Assembly: GCA_951406725.2 (NCBI GenBank)
Contig: OX597822.1
Span: 113,398,001 to 113,462,000, forward strand
DNA: 64,000 nucleotides
Reading direction: 5' to 3'
Origin: Octopus vulgaris
Lineage: Eukaryota
Part shown: piece by piece, positions 29,283 to 42,559 of the stretch
How the letters are laid out: each line of letters starts with the position of its first letter
Position numbering within the stretch: position 1 is the stretch's first letter
Notes under the pieces: model-generated
What the model was told of the DNA's origin: nothing
Database searches by the model: none
What the model saw: only the letters and a program-made list of their open reading frames with translations
Translations under genes and position numbers: made by a program

Positions 29283-29848
29283 TATATAGATACCTAAAAC
29301 TATTTTATGAGCATTACAATATACATGTCTTTGAAACGACTTCATTCCCAGGCTTCTGGTAAAGGTGAACATAAGCGTTTTTCCGTTTAGTCTATTAAAA
29401 TATGAACTTGAGTAAGCGACTGTTGAAATATCGCTTCAACAAAATTCGGGCTATTTACATAGGAATCAGATAAAGTAACTGTAACTCTACCGAGCTAAGT
29501 ATAAGTATCGAAAAGAATCTATTTCATTTAGCATGCTATCTGGGGAGCAATATATATTTCGAACTGCAACGAACCGGCTGCATTGACTTTGCAGACTTGA
29601 CTTTTTTTTTTTTACGCTGTTACATTTCGATATTCTTCTGATACAGGAAAAACAATTTCTTCCTAAGATACCCAAGGAAGTGAGCAATATGAAAATGCAG
29701 CAGGTTGTCAGAAAGAAAATAAGACAGCGAATGGTAGTTAAGTGAAATTGTTACTCGAGATAGGTTGTACAGCTTACTATGAGCCCTGTGATCTAGTTCA
29801 AAGAGATTTGCGGCCATGAAAAAGAAATGCTGATATAAAACATTCTGA

Positions 29849-29925
29849 ATACATACATACATACATACATACATACATACATACATACATACAAACATAC
29901 ATGCATGCATACATACATACATACA

Positions 29926-29959
<34 letters not shown>

Positions 29960-29987
29960 CATACATACATACATACATACATACATA
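29849..29987. repeat. (TACA)n microsatellite
   Basis: Simple run. Confidence 0.97.
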
Positions 29988-30152
29988 CGTATGCATTACT
30001 ATTTAGAACAGTTTGCTTCGACCCCATTTAACTTAGAGTTGCAGTAGGCTTCTTACACTCACCTCTACACGCACAAACATACACACAAGTATATTTACGT
30101 AAATATACTCAGAATAGCAAGAGCTTTACTAGATTATATATATATATATATA

Positions 30153-30845
30153 TCAACAAAGACATCAATTGGAACATATTTATAGCTTATTATTTAATAC
30201 AAAACATGGCATAACATTTATGTGATATAACAAATCCTATGGCCGTTTCCGCATTCGGTGCCGATCAATATTTACAAATAACTGCGAAAATAAAATTCCT
30301 CATCTTCATAGGACATTTGTATCATAGCACGGTGCTTCATCAGATTAAAACAAAAGCATCCAAAATATACTAAAGGAAGAAGGAATAGGAAAGGAAACAT
30401 GATCTAGAAAAGAAGTCTGGAAGACCAAAATATTAAAAGCATATAATCTACCATCCTAGGGTTACGGAAGTCCGTAGGTAATAACTAGTATTGGTCAAGG
30501 GAGTAAAAAAATTTTCGCAATTATTTCTAAACATTGATCTGCACCAGATGTGGAAACGGCCGTAAGATCTGTTTTGTATTAAATAATAAGCTATGAATGT
30601 GGTCTAATTGATGTACCTGTTGATCTGAGGTTTTCTCCATTTTCTGATTATATTTGTTTCCTGATAAACTTTTGTTTATTCTGTTGTTACCTGTACACTA
30701 CAAGCATAGTGTGCCTGCTTACTCATGCCTAGAGATAACATGGGTAACGGATACCAATAGTATATACAATATTTTATCCTTTAGTCAGTTATTATAACCG
30801 CTAACTCTGCTTACATTATTCGTTTTGCAAGATTCCTGATGTGAA
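30153..30845. mobile_element. TA-embedded fold-back element with long-stem-II hammerhead-like motif
   Basis: 30153-30290 is inverted at 30510-30623; minus strand CUGAUGA...GAAACGGCC at 30343-30241. Confidence 0.65.
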
Positions 30846-30861
30846 ATATATATATATATAT

Positions 30862-31148
30862 ACTCAAAATAAGCAACAAGAATGACTCCGGTAATTTGGT
30901 ACGATTTTTCATTCTACATCATTTTATTAAATGTTGTAAGTATTAAAATGCTGTTTTAAACTGTTGTAATACTTACAACATTTAATAAAATGATGTAGTA
31001 CGAAACGATCGTACCAAATTACCGGAGTCATTCTTGTTGCTTATTTTGATTATAATCACCCCCACGGATTTATATGGATAACACCATACAGAATTCTGGT
31101 GCATCTAAATTAAGTACCATATTCATTTGAATCTAAATTTTTGCTGAA

Positions 31149-31150
<2 letters not shown>
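30862..31150. mobile_element. TA-embedded fold-back element (arms ~85 bp)
   Basis: 30862-30944 is inverted at 30968-31049; related to 18108-18690. Confidence 0.8.
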
Positions 31151-31236
<86 letters not shown>

Positions 31237-31262
31237 TGTATGTATGTATGTATGTATGTATG

Positions 31263-31311
<49 letters not shown>

Positions 31312-31314
<3 letters not shown>

Positions 31315-31727
31315 CGCAGGAGTGGCTGGGTGGTAAGTAGCTTGCTAACCAACCACATGGTTCCGGGTTCAGTCCCACTGCGTGGCATCTTGGGCAAGTG
31401 TCTTCTGCTATAGCCCCGGGCCGACCAATGCCTTGTGAGTGGATTTGGTAGACGGAAACTGAAAGAAGCCTGTCGTATATATGTATATATATATGTATGT
31501 GTGTGTGTTTGTGTGTCTGTGTTTGTTTCCCTAGCATTGCTTGACAACCGATGCTGGTGTGTTTACGTCCCCGTCACTTAGCGGTTCGGCAAAAAGAGAC
31601 CGATAGCATAAGTACTGGGCTTACAAAAATAATAAGTCCCGGGGTCGAGTTGCTCGACTAAAGGCGGTGCTCCAGCATGGCCGCAGTCAAATGACTGAAA
31701 CAAGTAAAAGAGTAAAAGAGTAAAAGA

Positions 31728-31728
<1 letters not shown>
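31312..31728 (+). mobile_element. SINE family A, full length
   Basis: tRNA-like head (TGGCTGGGTGG; GGTTCAGTCCC), CTTGGGCAAG, internal TA/TG run, (GTAAAAGA)n tail. Confidence 0.93.
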
Positions 31729-31761
<33 letters not shown>

Positions 31762-31763
<2 letters not shown>

Positions 31764-32165
31764 TTTTACTTGTTTCAATCATTTTGACTGCGGTCATGGT
31801 GAAGCACGACCGTAAAGGGTTTCAGTCGATGAGCTGGACCCTAAGACTTATCATTTGTAAGCCTAGTACTTATTCTATTGGACTCTTTTACCGCACTGCT
31901 AAGTTAAAAGGACATTAACACACGAGCATCAGTTATCAAGTGACGTCGGAGCGGGGAACAAACACAGACACATACACACATAAATATATACATATATATA
32001 TATAATAAGACGTGCTTCTTCCAGTTTCCGTCTACCAAATCCACTCACAAGGTTTTGGTCGACCCAAAGCTAAAGTAGAAGACACTTGCCTAAGGTGCCA
32101 CGTAGTGGGACTGAACCCAGAACCATGTGGTTTTTAAGCAAGCTACTTACCACACTGTCACGCGC
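31762..32165 (-). mobile_element. SINE family A, older copy, tail-to-tail with the previous one
   Basis: Diverged reverse copy. Confidence 0.88.
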
Positions 32166-32190
32166 ATATATTATTGTTATTATTATTATT

Positions 32191-32617
32191 TAGTAGTTTT
32201 ATTTTTATAGCGTGCTTTCACTTCACTACCAAGCGCAGCTCTGTGTGCCTTGGGTATGTGTTGTGATTTGTTGTGATGCTCTGATGGTTATTGTATGGAA
32301 AGTGTTCTGCGTAGGATGTGTGCAGTGCCTAGTAGTGCAATTTTCTGTATGTTATATGTGTTTGTAAGTCCTGGTGCTTTTGTTATGTATTTGTCTGAAT
32401 ATTTTTTTATCATGCCTAATGCACCTACTATGATAGGAATTGTTTCTGTTTTCAGATTCCACATTCTGGTTATCTCTATTTCTAGGTCTTTGTATTTTGA
32501 AAGTTTCTCCATTTCTTTTAGAGACACGTTGTCATCTGCGGTATTGATACATCAATTAGAAAGCATTTTTTTCCTTCATGATCTCTGACAACTATATCTG
32601 GCCTGTTGGCCTAAATT
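32191..32617 (-). mobile_element. R4/Dong-like retrotransposon 3' end with restriction-like endonuclease motif
   Basis: ANRPDIVVRDHE..CFLIDVSIP.DDNVSLKEMEKLSKYKDL...PIIVGALG (PD..D/E.K); TTA flanks. Confidence 0.88.
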
Positions 32618-32633
32618 TCATTATTATTATTAT

Positions 32634-33016
32634 TCAGTAGTTTTATTTTTATTTTTATAGCGTGCTTTCACTTCACTACCGAGCGCAGCTCTGTGTGCCT
32701 TGGGTATGTGCTGTGATTTGTTGTGATGCTCTGATGGTTATTGTATGGAAAGTGTTCTGCGTAGGATGTGGGCAGTGCCTAGTAGTGCAATTTTCTGTAT
32801 GTTATATGTGTTTGTAAGTCCTGGTGTTTTTGTTATGTATTTGTCTGAATATTTTTTTATCATGCCTAATGCACCTACTATGATAGGAATTGTTTCTGTT
32901 TTCAGATTCCACATTCTAGTTACCTCTATTTCCAGGTCTTTGTATTTTGAGAGTTTCTCCATTTCTTTTAGAGACACGTTGTCATCTGCCGGTATTGATA
33001 CATCAATTAAAAAGCA

Positions 33017-33021
<5 letters not shown>
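32634..33021 (-). mobile_element. Second tandem R4/Dong-like 3' end
   Basis: Near-identical to the previous copy with a different 5' truncation; TTA flanks. Confidence 0.88.
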
Positions 33022-33088
<67 letters not shown>

Positions 33089-33089
<1 letters not shown>

Positions 33090-33500
33090 GAGTGAGAGAG
33101 CAGTTCATGCCATCAAAGTGACACTGGGGTAAAATATACGAAGCCCAATATACCCATCATGACTACCCGTCTGATAAGGGTACACCAGGCACATGCATCA
33201 CAACCATATGTGCGCGACATGGTGATCTCATATCAAGATAAACAGCACATGACCTTGCAGGTGGGGCCCAGTTAGAATTTCCGTCAGGTTGAGTAGCCCA
33301 TCCCGCTCAAAAGGTTCCTGAATAAGGGTTGTTTAAGGATATTGAAAGAACCACCCATGTTTCCAGAGGTGAATTATTCAAACCCCAAAGAATCCCTCTC
33401 AACACATGGCTATGATGCTCCCCCACTACTGCTCGTGATCAGAGATGCACATATCGTCAACCACTAAGGGACATGCTCAACTGGTTAAGGTCAAACTACA
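33089..33500 (-). mobile_element. Non-coding (TAA)n-tailed repeat (family of 9078-9582)
   Basis: Sequence similarity; abuts (TTA)n. Confidence 0.8.
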
Positions 33501-33638
33501 ACTTGAGAAAGTTTCATTCGGTCTCATGCAACTTTAAGTTTCGTACGCTCATCACAAGAACCTAGCTCGTGGGAATTAGACGTCTCTTGGTAAGTGCTAA
33601 CGCACGAAACTCTTGGTCTTGAATCACTCTGTTGCCTA

Positions 33639-33721
<83 letters not shown>

Positions 33722-33847
33722 CGTGTGTGTGTGTGTGTGTTATAAATTAAAACACAGAAAAAGGTTGTCATTATAGTACTCGGAGTTTCAAATACCGGAG
33801 CGAAGCGCTAGGATATATGTGTGTATGCATGAGTGCGAATGTATGTC

Positions 33848-33880
<33 letters not shown>

Positions 33881-33883
<3 letters not shown>

Positions 33884-34288
33884 CGCAGGAGTGGCTGTAT
33901 GGTAAGTAGCTTGCTAACCAACCACATGGTTCTGGGTTCAGTCCCACTGCGTGGCATCTTGGGCAAGTGTCTTCTGCTATAGCCCCGGGCCGACCAATGC
34001 CTTGTGAGAGGATGTGGTAGACGGAAACTGAAAGAAGCCTGTCGTATATATGTATATATATATGTATGTGTGTTTGTTTGTGTGTCTGTGTTTGTCCCCC
34101 TAGCATTGCTAGACAACCGATGCTGGTGTGTTTATGTCCCCGTTACTTAGCGGTTCGGCAAAAGAGACCGATAGAATAAGTACTGGGCTTACAAAAATAA
34201 TTAGTCCCGGGATCGAGTTGCTCGATTAAAGGCGGTGCTCCAGCATGGCCGCAGTCAAATGACTGAAACAAGTAAAAGAGTAAAAGAG
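33881..34288 (+). mobile_element. SINE family A
   Basis: Full copy. Confidence 0.92.
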
Positions 34289-34798
34289 TATATATATATA
34301 TATATACATACATTACGTGTATGCATGCATGTATATATGACGATGCGTATATGTATATATATATACACACACATATACATATATACATGTGTACGTGTGT
34401 ATGTAGATATGAGTGTATGTATGAGTACGTACATAAAATATATGCTTGTGTGTATGTGTGTGTTTGTGCATGTGCGTATCCATGCTTGTGTGAGTCTGTA
34501 CACGTTGTGAACGCAGGAGGTTTGTGAGAATACGGTTGTGAGTATATTTTTACATATATATTTTACATATCTTTTATATTATTTTTTATCTTTTTCTGTT
34601 TCTTCTTTTTCCACCTATTAGAGTTATTCCCCTTATATTTAACGGTTTTTCGTAGTGTCTGTTAACATTAATATCCGACGAGAATAATCGAAACTCCGAG
34701 TATTGTAATGAGAATCGTTTACTGTTTGTTCTATTTATAACATATTTAAATAATCCTCTACGACTCTAATATCGAGGTTTCTTTCTTTTGTTATTACG

Positions 34799-34859
<61 letters not shown>

Positions 34860-34861
<2 letters not shown>

Positions 34862-35368
34862 AAGCACATTTGCACTCCTCACACAAAGATGTATGAGATG
34901 GCTTGGGCATGTTAGCCGTATGAAAGATGGCAGAATCCCCAAGGACATACTCTACGGAGAGCTTGCTAGGGGTACTAGGTCTGTGGATAGACTGATCTTA
35001 CGTTACAAGGATGTTTGCAAAAGGGACATGAAGGCCTGCAACATCAATACTAGCAGTTGGGAGGCAGTTGCCGGCAACCGTGGAGAATGGCGACGTACCG
35101 TAAAAGAGGGAATACAAAGGAGTGACAGAGAGAGAGAGAGAAAGGAGAAATGGAAAGAAAAGAAGAGACGTCAACAAGAAACTATGGCATTACAACCAGC
35201 CAGGAACAGTCTTCGCTACATTTGCGGTACCTGCCAGAGGGAGTGTTTGTCCAGGATAGGACTACACAGCCACAGCAGGAAATGTATCAGGACATGAAAT
35301 GTAAAAGCCGGACTAGACTACTTTAAGCGCAACTCCATTGTCTCCCGAGACAAAAAGGATGCCAACAA
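34860..35368 (+). mobile_element. RTE-clade LINE 3' end
   Basis: MRWLGHVSRMKDGRIPKDILYGEL...LRYKDVCKRDMK...CGTCQRECLSRIGLHSHSRKC plus short 3'UTR. Confidence 0.92.
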
Positions 35369-37076
35369 TAGGATCGTGGTGAGGCCAGAACAATGCGAAG
35401 TAAATGCAAGGCAAATCCCAAGAAAGCAAATATATGAATTAATGTAGATTTAACTTGTATTCACTATTTCGGGGTTATGACCCCATTTTCAAGAAACTGA
35501 CGACTGTATACTCCTGTTTTGATTTCTATTTGCATAAACAATCAGTTTACGTCACTAGCATTCTTATATATATATATAGATGGATGGATGGATGGATGGA
35601 TATGCGTGTGTATGTATGTATAAGGAAAAGTAAAGAAAGAATTAAATACATATGTAAGTAATGGCGCATCTGACGTTCTGGACAAAGACCTTCTGAGTTG
35701 AGATGAAATGGTAAATAAGGAGAGAAAGAGAGAGAGAGAGAGAGGGAGGTAGTTTTACAGCTGCCATATAAGAGTCACCGGTATCAGCTAATGGGTGACG
35801 CAAAACCTGTGTGGCACGTGGAGTCTGGAGATTCGGCGGGATAAAAACTTGGTGAGAGAGGGAGAAGGAAACGTAAGACAGATAAAAAGATAAGCTGAGT
35901 GTTTGAAGAGTGTTGGATGCGGAAAAAGGGAATTGGAGTAGAGTTGGAGCTATAAAAATGAACCTATCGAGCTATTGATAGCTCAGGTGCAGCCATCAAT
36001 GTAATGACAACACTTGTAGATTAAGTTACGCGAACTGGGCAAAGATCTGATCCGCGATGCGGTCTGCAAAGATGTTTGCGTTATTGGGGTCCATCTTAGT
36101 ACCCAATGCGCCATCGCTAACATGTTTATAAGATTCCCCAGAGAAAGAGAAGCAACTGAATGAGGACACACACATACTCACTCATATATGTGTATGTGTA
36201 GCAGATTTGCGTTTGCGCGTGCGAGTACATAAAACTATTTATTTCAAGAGGATGGAATATGGATTCGGTAACTGAACCACATGGGATCGCTGAAAGTACT
36301 TGTTATGAACTTATCTCTTGCACTTCGCTTTTTCTCTAAGATACATAGTCGTTCTTTGAAATAAACCAAACGATTTATTTGATGAGATGTGGAAGATCAT
36401 AGTTTCCTAAGAATGCTAGTGACGTAAACTAATTTTAATATAAGTTCGAACCCTGGTGCAGTTTATCGCACCCACTTCGCTAACATCATAATAAGTATTT
36501 ATTAGCTTCACTGGTACAAATTAGGCTGTTTATACCTTTAAACAGACAACTCAAACACATCTGATTCAGATATATTTTATTCTCTGCCATTTTACTGTTT
36601 TCAGTAACTATATCTAGGGATAATGTGCAGATTCTTCACAGAAAATTAAATCAATCTGTCTTGGCATTAGCTGGTCCATTTCTAAAATTCGATGCTTAAA
36701 TATCTCTAGCACTGAGATTATTATTTCTATTGAAGAGGTACATTATAATTCTTCATTGTAAGGAAATGAAAATATATTGCCAATTAATACGATTATATTT
36801 CGGATTGTCTAACTCATTATTAGATATGAAACAATCTAAAACATTTGAATCGTTTCAGTCTCTTTTGATTCTGATCGTCATTATGTGACTTAATTCTTAA
36901 ATACACAAAGATGAGTACACTGAATACTAAGCAGAAATGTGCACAAACATTTGCTCACTGTAAACAAATCATCTGTGTGGTTGTTCGGTAAGAATTGTCG
37001 AACTCTCATACGTCGTCTAACGACAGGAGAGTCCATTATATATATATATGTATATATGTGTGTGTGTGTGCGTGTG

Positions 37077-37112
<36 letters not shown>

Positions 37113-37210
37113 ATAATTATTTGAGGGAATATTATTCCTAACTTACAGGGAAAAATTCAATTTAGAAATACTAAATCAAATTTCACAAAATATAATATAT
37201 ATATAAAAAT

Positions 37211-37519
37211 TAGAAAAAAACACCTTTTATCAATTCAAAATCAACAATTAAATTACACCATCTAGAAAATTACATATAATAAAAATATTAAAAGTAAAAT
37301 AACAATAATATACCAATGATTAAGTAAATTGCAAAATAATAATAAAAACGTATATATTTGTTATTCTACCAAATATATACGTTTTTATTATTATTTTGCA
37401 ATTTACTTAATCATTGGTATATTATTGTTATTTTAATTTTAATATTTCTATTATATGTAATTTTCTAGATGGTGTAATTTAATTGTTCATTTTGAATTGA
37501 TAAAAGGTGTTTTTTTCTA
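37211..37519. repeat. Near-perfect ~150-bp-arm AT-rich inverted repeat (9-nt loop) in a TA-embedded element starting at ~37118
   Basis: 37211-37360 versus 37370-37519; related deleted copy at 44020-44175. Confidence 0.92.
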
Positions 37520-37575
37520 TATATATATATATATATGTATATATATACGTATATATATATTATGTATATATATAC

Positions 37576-37684
<109 letters not shown>

Positions 37685-38020
37685 CTTAAGTAACGAGAAG
37701 ATGGATGCGGTATTAATCTTCATGTTGTACAACATAAATGTCGACCCACCCTGCTGTTGTCCCTTATGGCTAGGAATCCGTTCAACATGTCGTGTTGCAT
37801 CAATTTTACAGTTTGGGTCTCATCCAGTACATCTATCTATAAAGCTGTGTCTCGCAACACTTCAACACACTAATCGATATGTACCCATTAGTCCCAAAAT
37901 ATTATATGTGTGTGTGTGTGTATGTACATACATACACACATACATACATACATACATACATACATACATACATACATACATACATACATACATACATACA
38001 TACATACATACATACATACA

Positions 38021-38054
<34 letters not shown>

Positions 38055-38884
38055 CATAGTAGATATCCGCATGATTACTTTTAGCCCAGAAATAAAATCC
38101 CCTAGTTCTAATCTAGTCAAGTTCCATCTGTATATCTATGAATAAGACAACTGATGATGATCAGAGGTCAACTCTAACGAAACGTAGACGGGGATATTAA
38201 AAAAATGTTTCACAACTACAAAAGAAGAGGCCGAGAAGATCGCAATCAGATTAACAAAAACTTCTCTCATACAAATTATATTTTTAATGTTAACATTTAA
38301 TATATGAGATTTTAAAGTCAGCAAATGTTAACGTTATGTATTGTTTGTTGATGTTAAAATGGACGCAGTAAACTTTGTAACAGAATACAGGTACTCTAGC
38401 TGTTTAAATTGTCCAGACATTGTGTCGCAGAATGCCAACATCTATTGCTTACATGCAACCGAGAATGAAAGCAATACAAACATAACAAATTTATCCATTT
38501 CGTTATCTTCCATTCTAGATCTCAAATATGTTTATATTGCAATGTTTAGTCTACATTTCTCACTAAAAATGCTTATTCTTGTTCTCCGTTTGATTTATTG
38601 TCATTTAGTAAAGTGAACATTATCCAATGTTTTAAAATACGAAGTAAAATATAAATTTAATATCCGTAATTTAAATGAGATGTGTACATATATGTGTGTA
38701 TGTGTGTGCGTGAGAGAGAGAGAGTGAGGGAGGGAGTGTGTGTGCGTGTATATATATATGTGTGTTTCTCTGTTTGTGTCTAAATAATAACATGACCTTG
38801 TGAATGTATACCTCGTCTTTGTTAAATTACAACCTTAAGCAAGATACTTTATTTATATCATTCAGTAACACCAGAAATAAATTA

Positions 38885-40113
38885 CAGGGTGTGTAAGGTA
38901 TTTGAGGACATACCTTTTTGGGGTCATTCCTGCATTTGTTTGCTAACTCTGTATAATCTTTGTTTCAGAAAATAATAACGGCAGACCCTCGGCTTACTCA
39001 AGAAATGAAGGGGCATGCTATTATTTTGGTTATAAAGGCTGAGCAAAGCGATTTAGAAATATTTCGATTTTTAAAAGTTGCCAGATCTTTCATCTACATA
39101 GTAAGGAGCTAGAGACTGAAGATGGAAACGTATCACCAGTATCGAGGCATAAAAGACATTCTAAACACTTTGAAATCATCAGAACACCTGAATTTATTTA
39201 ACAAATTCAACAGACCATTGATTACAATCCCAGAAATTCAATGAAGTCAATTGCGAAAGATCTCAATGTGTCAGAAAGAACAGTCAGAAATGTTGTCTTC
39301 GAAGACATCAGATATAAGTCATTTATGATGAGGAAAGGTCAATTTCTCAGAAAAAGCAAAAGAAAATCACTACATCAGATCTAAAAGACTCTTAAACAAA
39401 CTGAAAAATCCAGCAGAAGATTTGATTTGGTTTTTTCTCAAACGAGAAAACTTCGACCAAGATCAAAAAGTTAACGGAAGAAATGACAAATGGTTACGTG
39501 CAGACCCTTCTCAAGTTTCAAGTGTTATGCATACAAAATTTCCTGCAACTGTCATGGTTTTAGGGATTGTCAGCAATGAAGGACATGTGATGCTTCCTTA
39601 CTTCTTTCCACAAGACCTTAGAGTTAACTCTGCCGCCTACATTGAGGTCCTGGAAATAATTGTTAAGCAATGCAGGGCCAAATGTGCTTCAGTAAGACTC
39701 TGCATTATCATACATGGCTCTAGTAGCACAGGAATGGATGACTGACAATTCTTATGATCACATAACTCCTAACATTTGGCCTCCTAATTCCCCAGATCTC
39801 AATATACTAGACTATTACATTTAGAACATTGTTGAGAGAGAGAGAGGTCAATGAACACGCCCATAACACCAAAGATTCTTTGAAAGCCACCATAGTAAGA
39901 GAGATGTCCAAGACCACTTGATTCGAGCATGTAGATGATTTAGATCTCATATAGAAGCAGCTGTTGAAGTTGAAGGTGGCTTAATTGAATAACATTATAA
40001 AAAAGAATGTTTGTTTTTATCCTCATAGCATTTTTTGATAAATAAAGTTGCTATCTGTTATTATGTATCTGTCTTTTATAAACATAAATCTGTTCTCAAA
40101 TATCTTACACGCG
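38885..40113 (+). mobile_element. maT/DD37D-like Tc1-mariner transposon with TIRs, decayed
   Basis: SMKSIAKDLNVSERTVRNVV; HTKFPATVMVLGIVSNEG; WPPNSPDLNILDYY; TIRs GTGTAAGGTATTTGAGGACA / TGTTCTCAAATATCTTACAC. Confidence 0.88.
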
Positions 40114-40594
40114 TATGTATGTATGTACGCATGTATGTATGTATGTATGTATGTATGTATGTATGTATGTATGTATGTATGTATGTATGTATGTATGTAC
40201 GTATGTATGTATGTATGTATGTATGTATGTATGTACGTATGTATGTGTGTATGTATGTATGTATGTATGTATTTATGTACGTATGTATCTATTATATATG
40301 TATGTATACACACTGATATATTCATGACTACACAATTCTCAAACATGAATTTCCTCAGAAAGCTAAAACCTTGAATAAGCTTTAAACCTGACAATGCAAT
40401 GGAAATATGTAAAAAAATAATCGAAAGGTAAGAAATATTGATTGTCCGGCTCATAGAAAATTGCTCTATTCAAAACAGACAGCTTTATTAGAATGTAAAT
40501 TAGGGAATATATCAGTTTCTTGGATAACTAAATATTTATAAGAATTACAAACACAAAAAAAATTTTGTCTGTATAATCGTTATGTGTAATCCGA

Positions 40595-40735
40595 GTGTAT
40601 AACCCTGTGTATATAATCTGTGTGTAAAATTTGTGCTTAAAATCTGTGTATAAACTGTGTATAAACTGCGTGTTTAATTTGCGTGTATAATCTCTCTGTA
40701 TAATCAGCATGTATAATCTGTGTATATAATTTGTA
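40595..40735. repeat. Degenerate 12-14-bp minisatellite (TGTGTATAATC-like)
   Basis: Recurring unit. Confidence 0.7.
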
Positions 40736-41469
40736 AGTAAAATTTGTGCGTACATATTTCGTTAGACCTTCCACCATGTTTAATGATGTCACAGGCGATG
40801 AAACATGGAGGTCGATCTAAAAGTTATACTATAAGATTTGTTTTCATTGATTTGTAATGCTACTACAATTACCTTTGTTGATATTTTAGATTTAAGTAGA
40901 TATCTAACAAATGTCATGACATTTTCGGTCTGCCTTACTGACTTTTGTCAACAGGAATGCGAAGCAGATGCCACACATTTAGACGACTGGCGGTTTCGAG
41001 AAGAGCCAAGATGTCTGTTATCTTGATCGGTAAAATGAAATGTTGCAGAACAATTCCAAGTGCGGTTTTTGACATTTTCAAAGACGACTGGAATAAGAAC
41101 AGTATTATGTAGAAAATCTGTAAATGCCAACTGTTTTTCTTTTTTTTCTTTTTTTTTTTTTTTTCACGACTGTTACTGGACGAAAAGCGAAACAAAACAA
41201 AAATAAGTACAGTAACTTAAGATTACTCATCAATGACATATCGCAATGTATGTTTTTATACAATGGAAGATCTGTTGGCTGTTAAACATTTCGAAGAGAA
41301 GTTATCTCTCAGAATAGTTAAAGATGGTATAGTGTAGCCGAGAAGGGCAACTTATGGTATAGTGCGGCCGATTCAGAAATATTTTGAAGAGGCAAAATAT
41401 ATCGTACAGGTGAAATTTTGTATAAAACGATTGTGATATATTCTTTTATTCTTTTATTCTTTTATTATT

Positions 41470-41654
41470 TTATTTGCTTCAGTCACTTGATTGCAGCCAT
41501 GCTGGAGCACCGCCTTTAGTCGAGCAAATCGACCCCAGGACTTATTCGTTGTAAGCCTAGTATTTATTCTGTCGGCTTAGTTACGGGGACGTAAAAACAC
41601 CGGCATCGGTTGTCAAGCGACGTTGGGGGGGGGGAGACAAACACAGACACACAA

Positions 41655-41748
<94 letters not shown>

Positions 41749-41856
41749 GACGGGCTTATTCTATCAGTGTTTTTCTCCGAGCCGCTAAGTTGCAGCGACG
41801 TAAATACACCACCATCGGTTGTCAAGCGATGTTGTGGGACAAACACAGACACACAA

Positions 41857-41927
<71 letters not shown>

Positions 41928-42085
41928 CGATGGGCTGCTTTCAGTTTCCGTCTACCAAATCCACTCACAAGGTTTGGTCGGACCGAGACTACAGTAGAAG
42001 ACACTTGCCTAAGGTTCCACGCAGTGGGACTAAACCCGAAATCATGTAGGTGGTATGCAAGCTACTTACCACACAGCCACTCCTG
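41470..42085 (-). mobile_element. SINE family A with duplicated microsatellite module
   Basis: Two (CA)n(TA)n modules between tail and head. Confidence 0.88.
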
Positions 42086-42149
42086 TGTAGATGAATTGTA
42101 TAGATCAAATGTTCTTGTCAAATTTTGTACATATCAAATATTCTTTTCT

Positions 42150-42554
42150 ACTCTAGGTACAAGGACCGAAATCTTTGGGGATGAGGCCAGTCGATTAGCT
42201 CGACCCCAGTACGCAAACCTTGAAAGGATGAAAGGCAAAGTCGACCTCGGCCGAATTTCAACTCAGAACATAAAGACAGACGAAATGCTGCTAAGCATTT
42301 CGCCCGGCATGCTAACGTTTCTTATTTCTTTACTACCCACAGGGGGCTAAACACAAAGGAAGAAAACAAGGACAGACAAACTGATTAAGTCGATTACATC
42401 GACCCCAGTGCGTAAGTGTTACGTAATTTATCGACCCCGAAAAGATGAAAGGCAAAGTCGACCTCGGCGGAATTTGAACTCAGAACGTAACGGCGGACGA
42501 AGTACGGCTACGCATTTCGCCCGGCGTGCTAACGTTTCTGCCAGCTCGCCGCCT
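42150..42554 (-). mobile_element. Two tandem SINE family B copies
   Basis: GATGAAAGGCAAAGTCGACCTCGG occurs twice. Confidence 0.88.
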
Positions 42555-42559
42555 TGCAC

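Noticed and set aside
32288-32977. Two similar 79-aa ORFs as a tandem small-gene family
   Set aside because: They are 5'-truncated retrotransposon endonuclease C-termini with non-ATG starts
35940-36170. Possible old LINE 3' fragments (also 47560-47760 and 52400-52800)
   Set aside because: Too decayed to support a family assignment by eye
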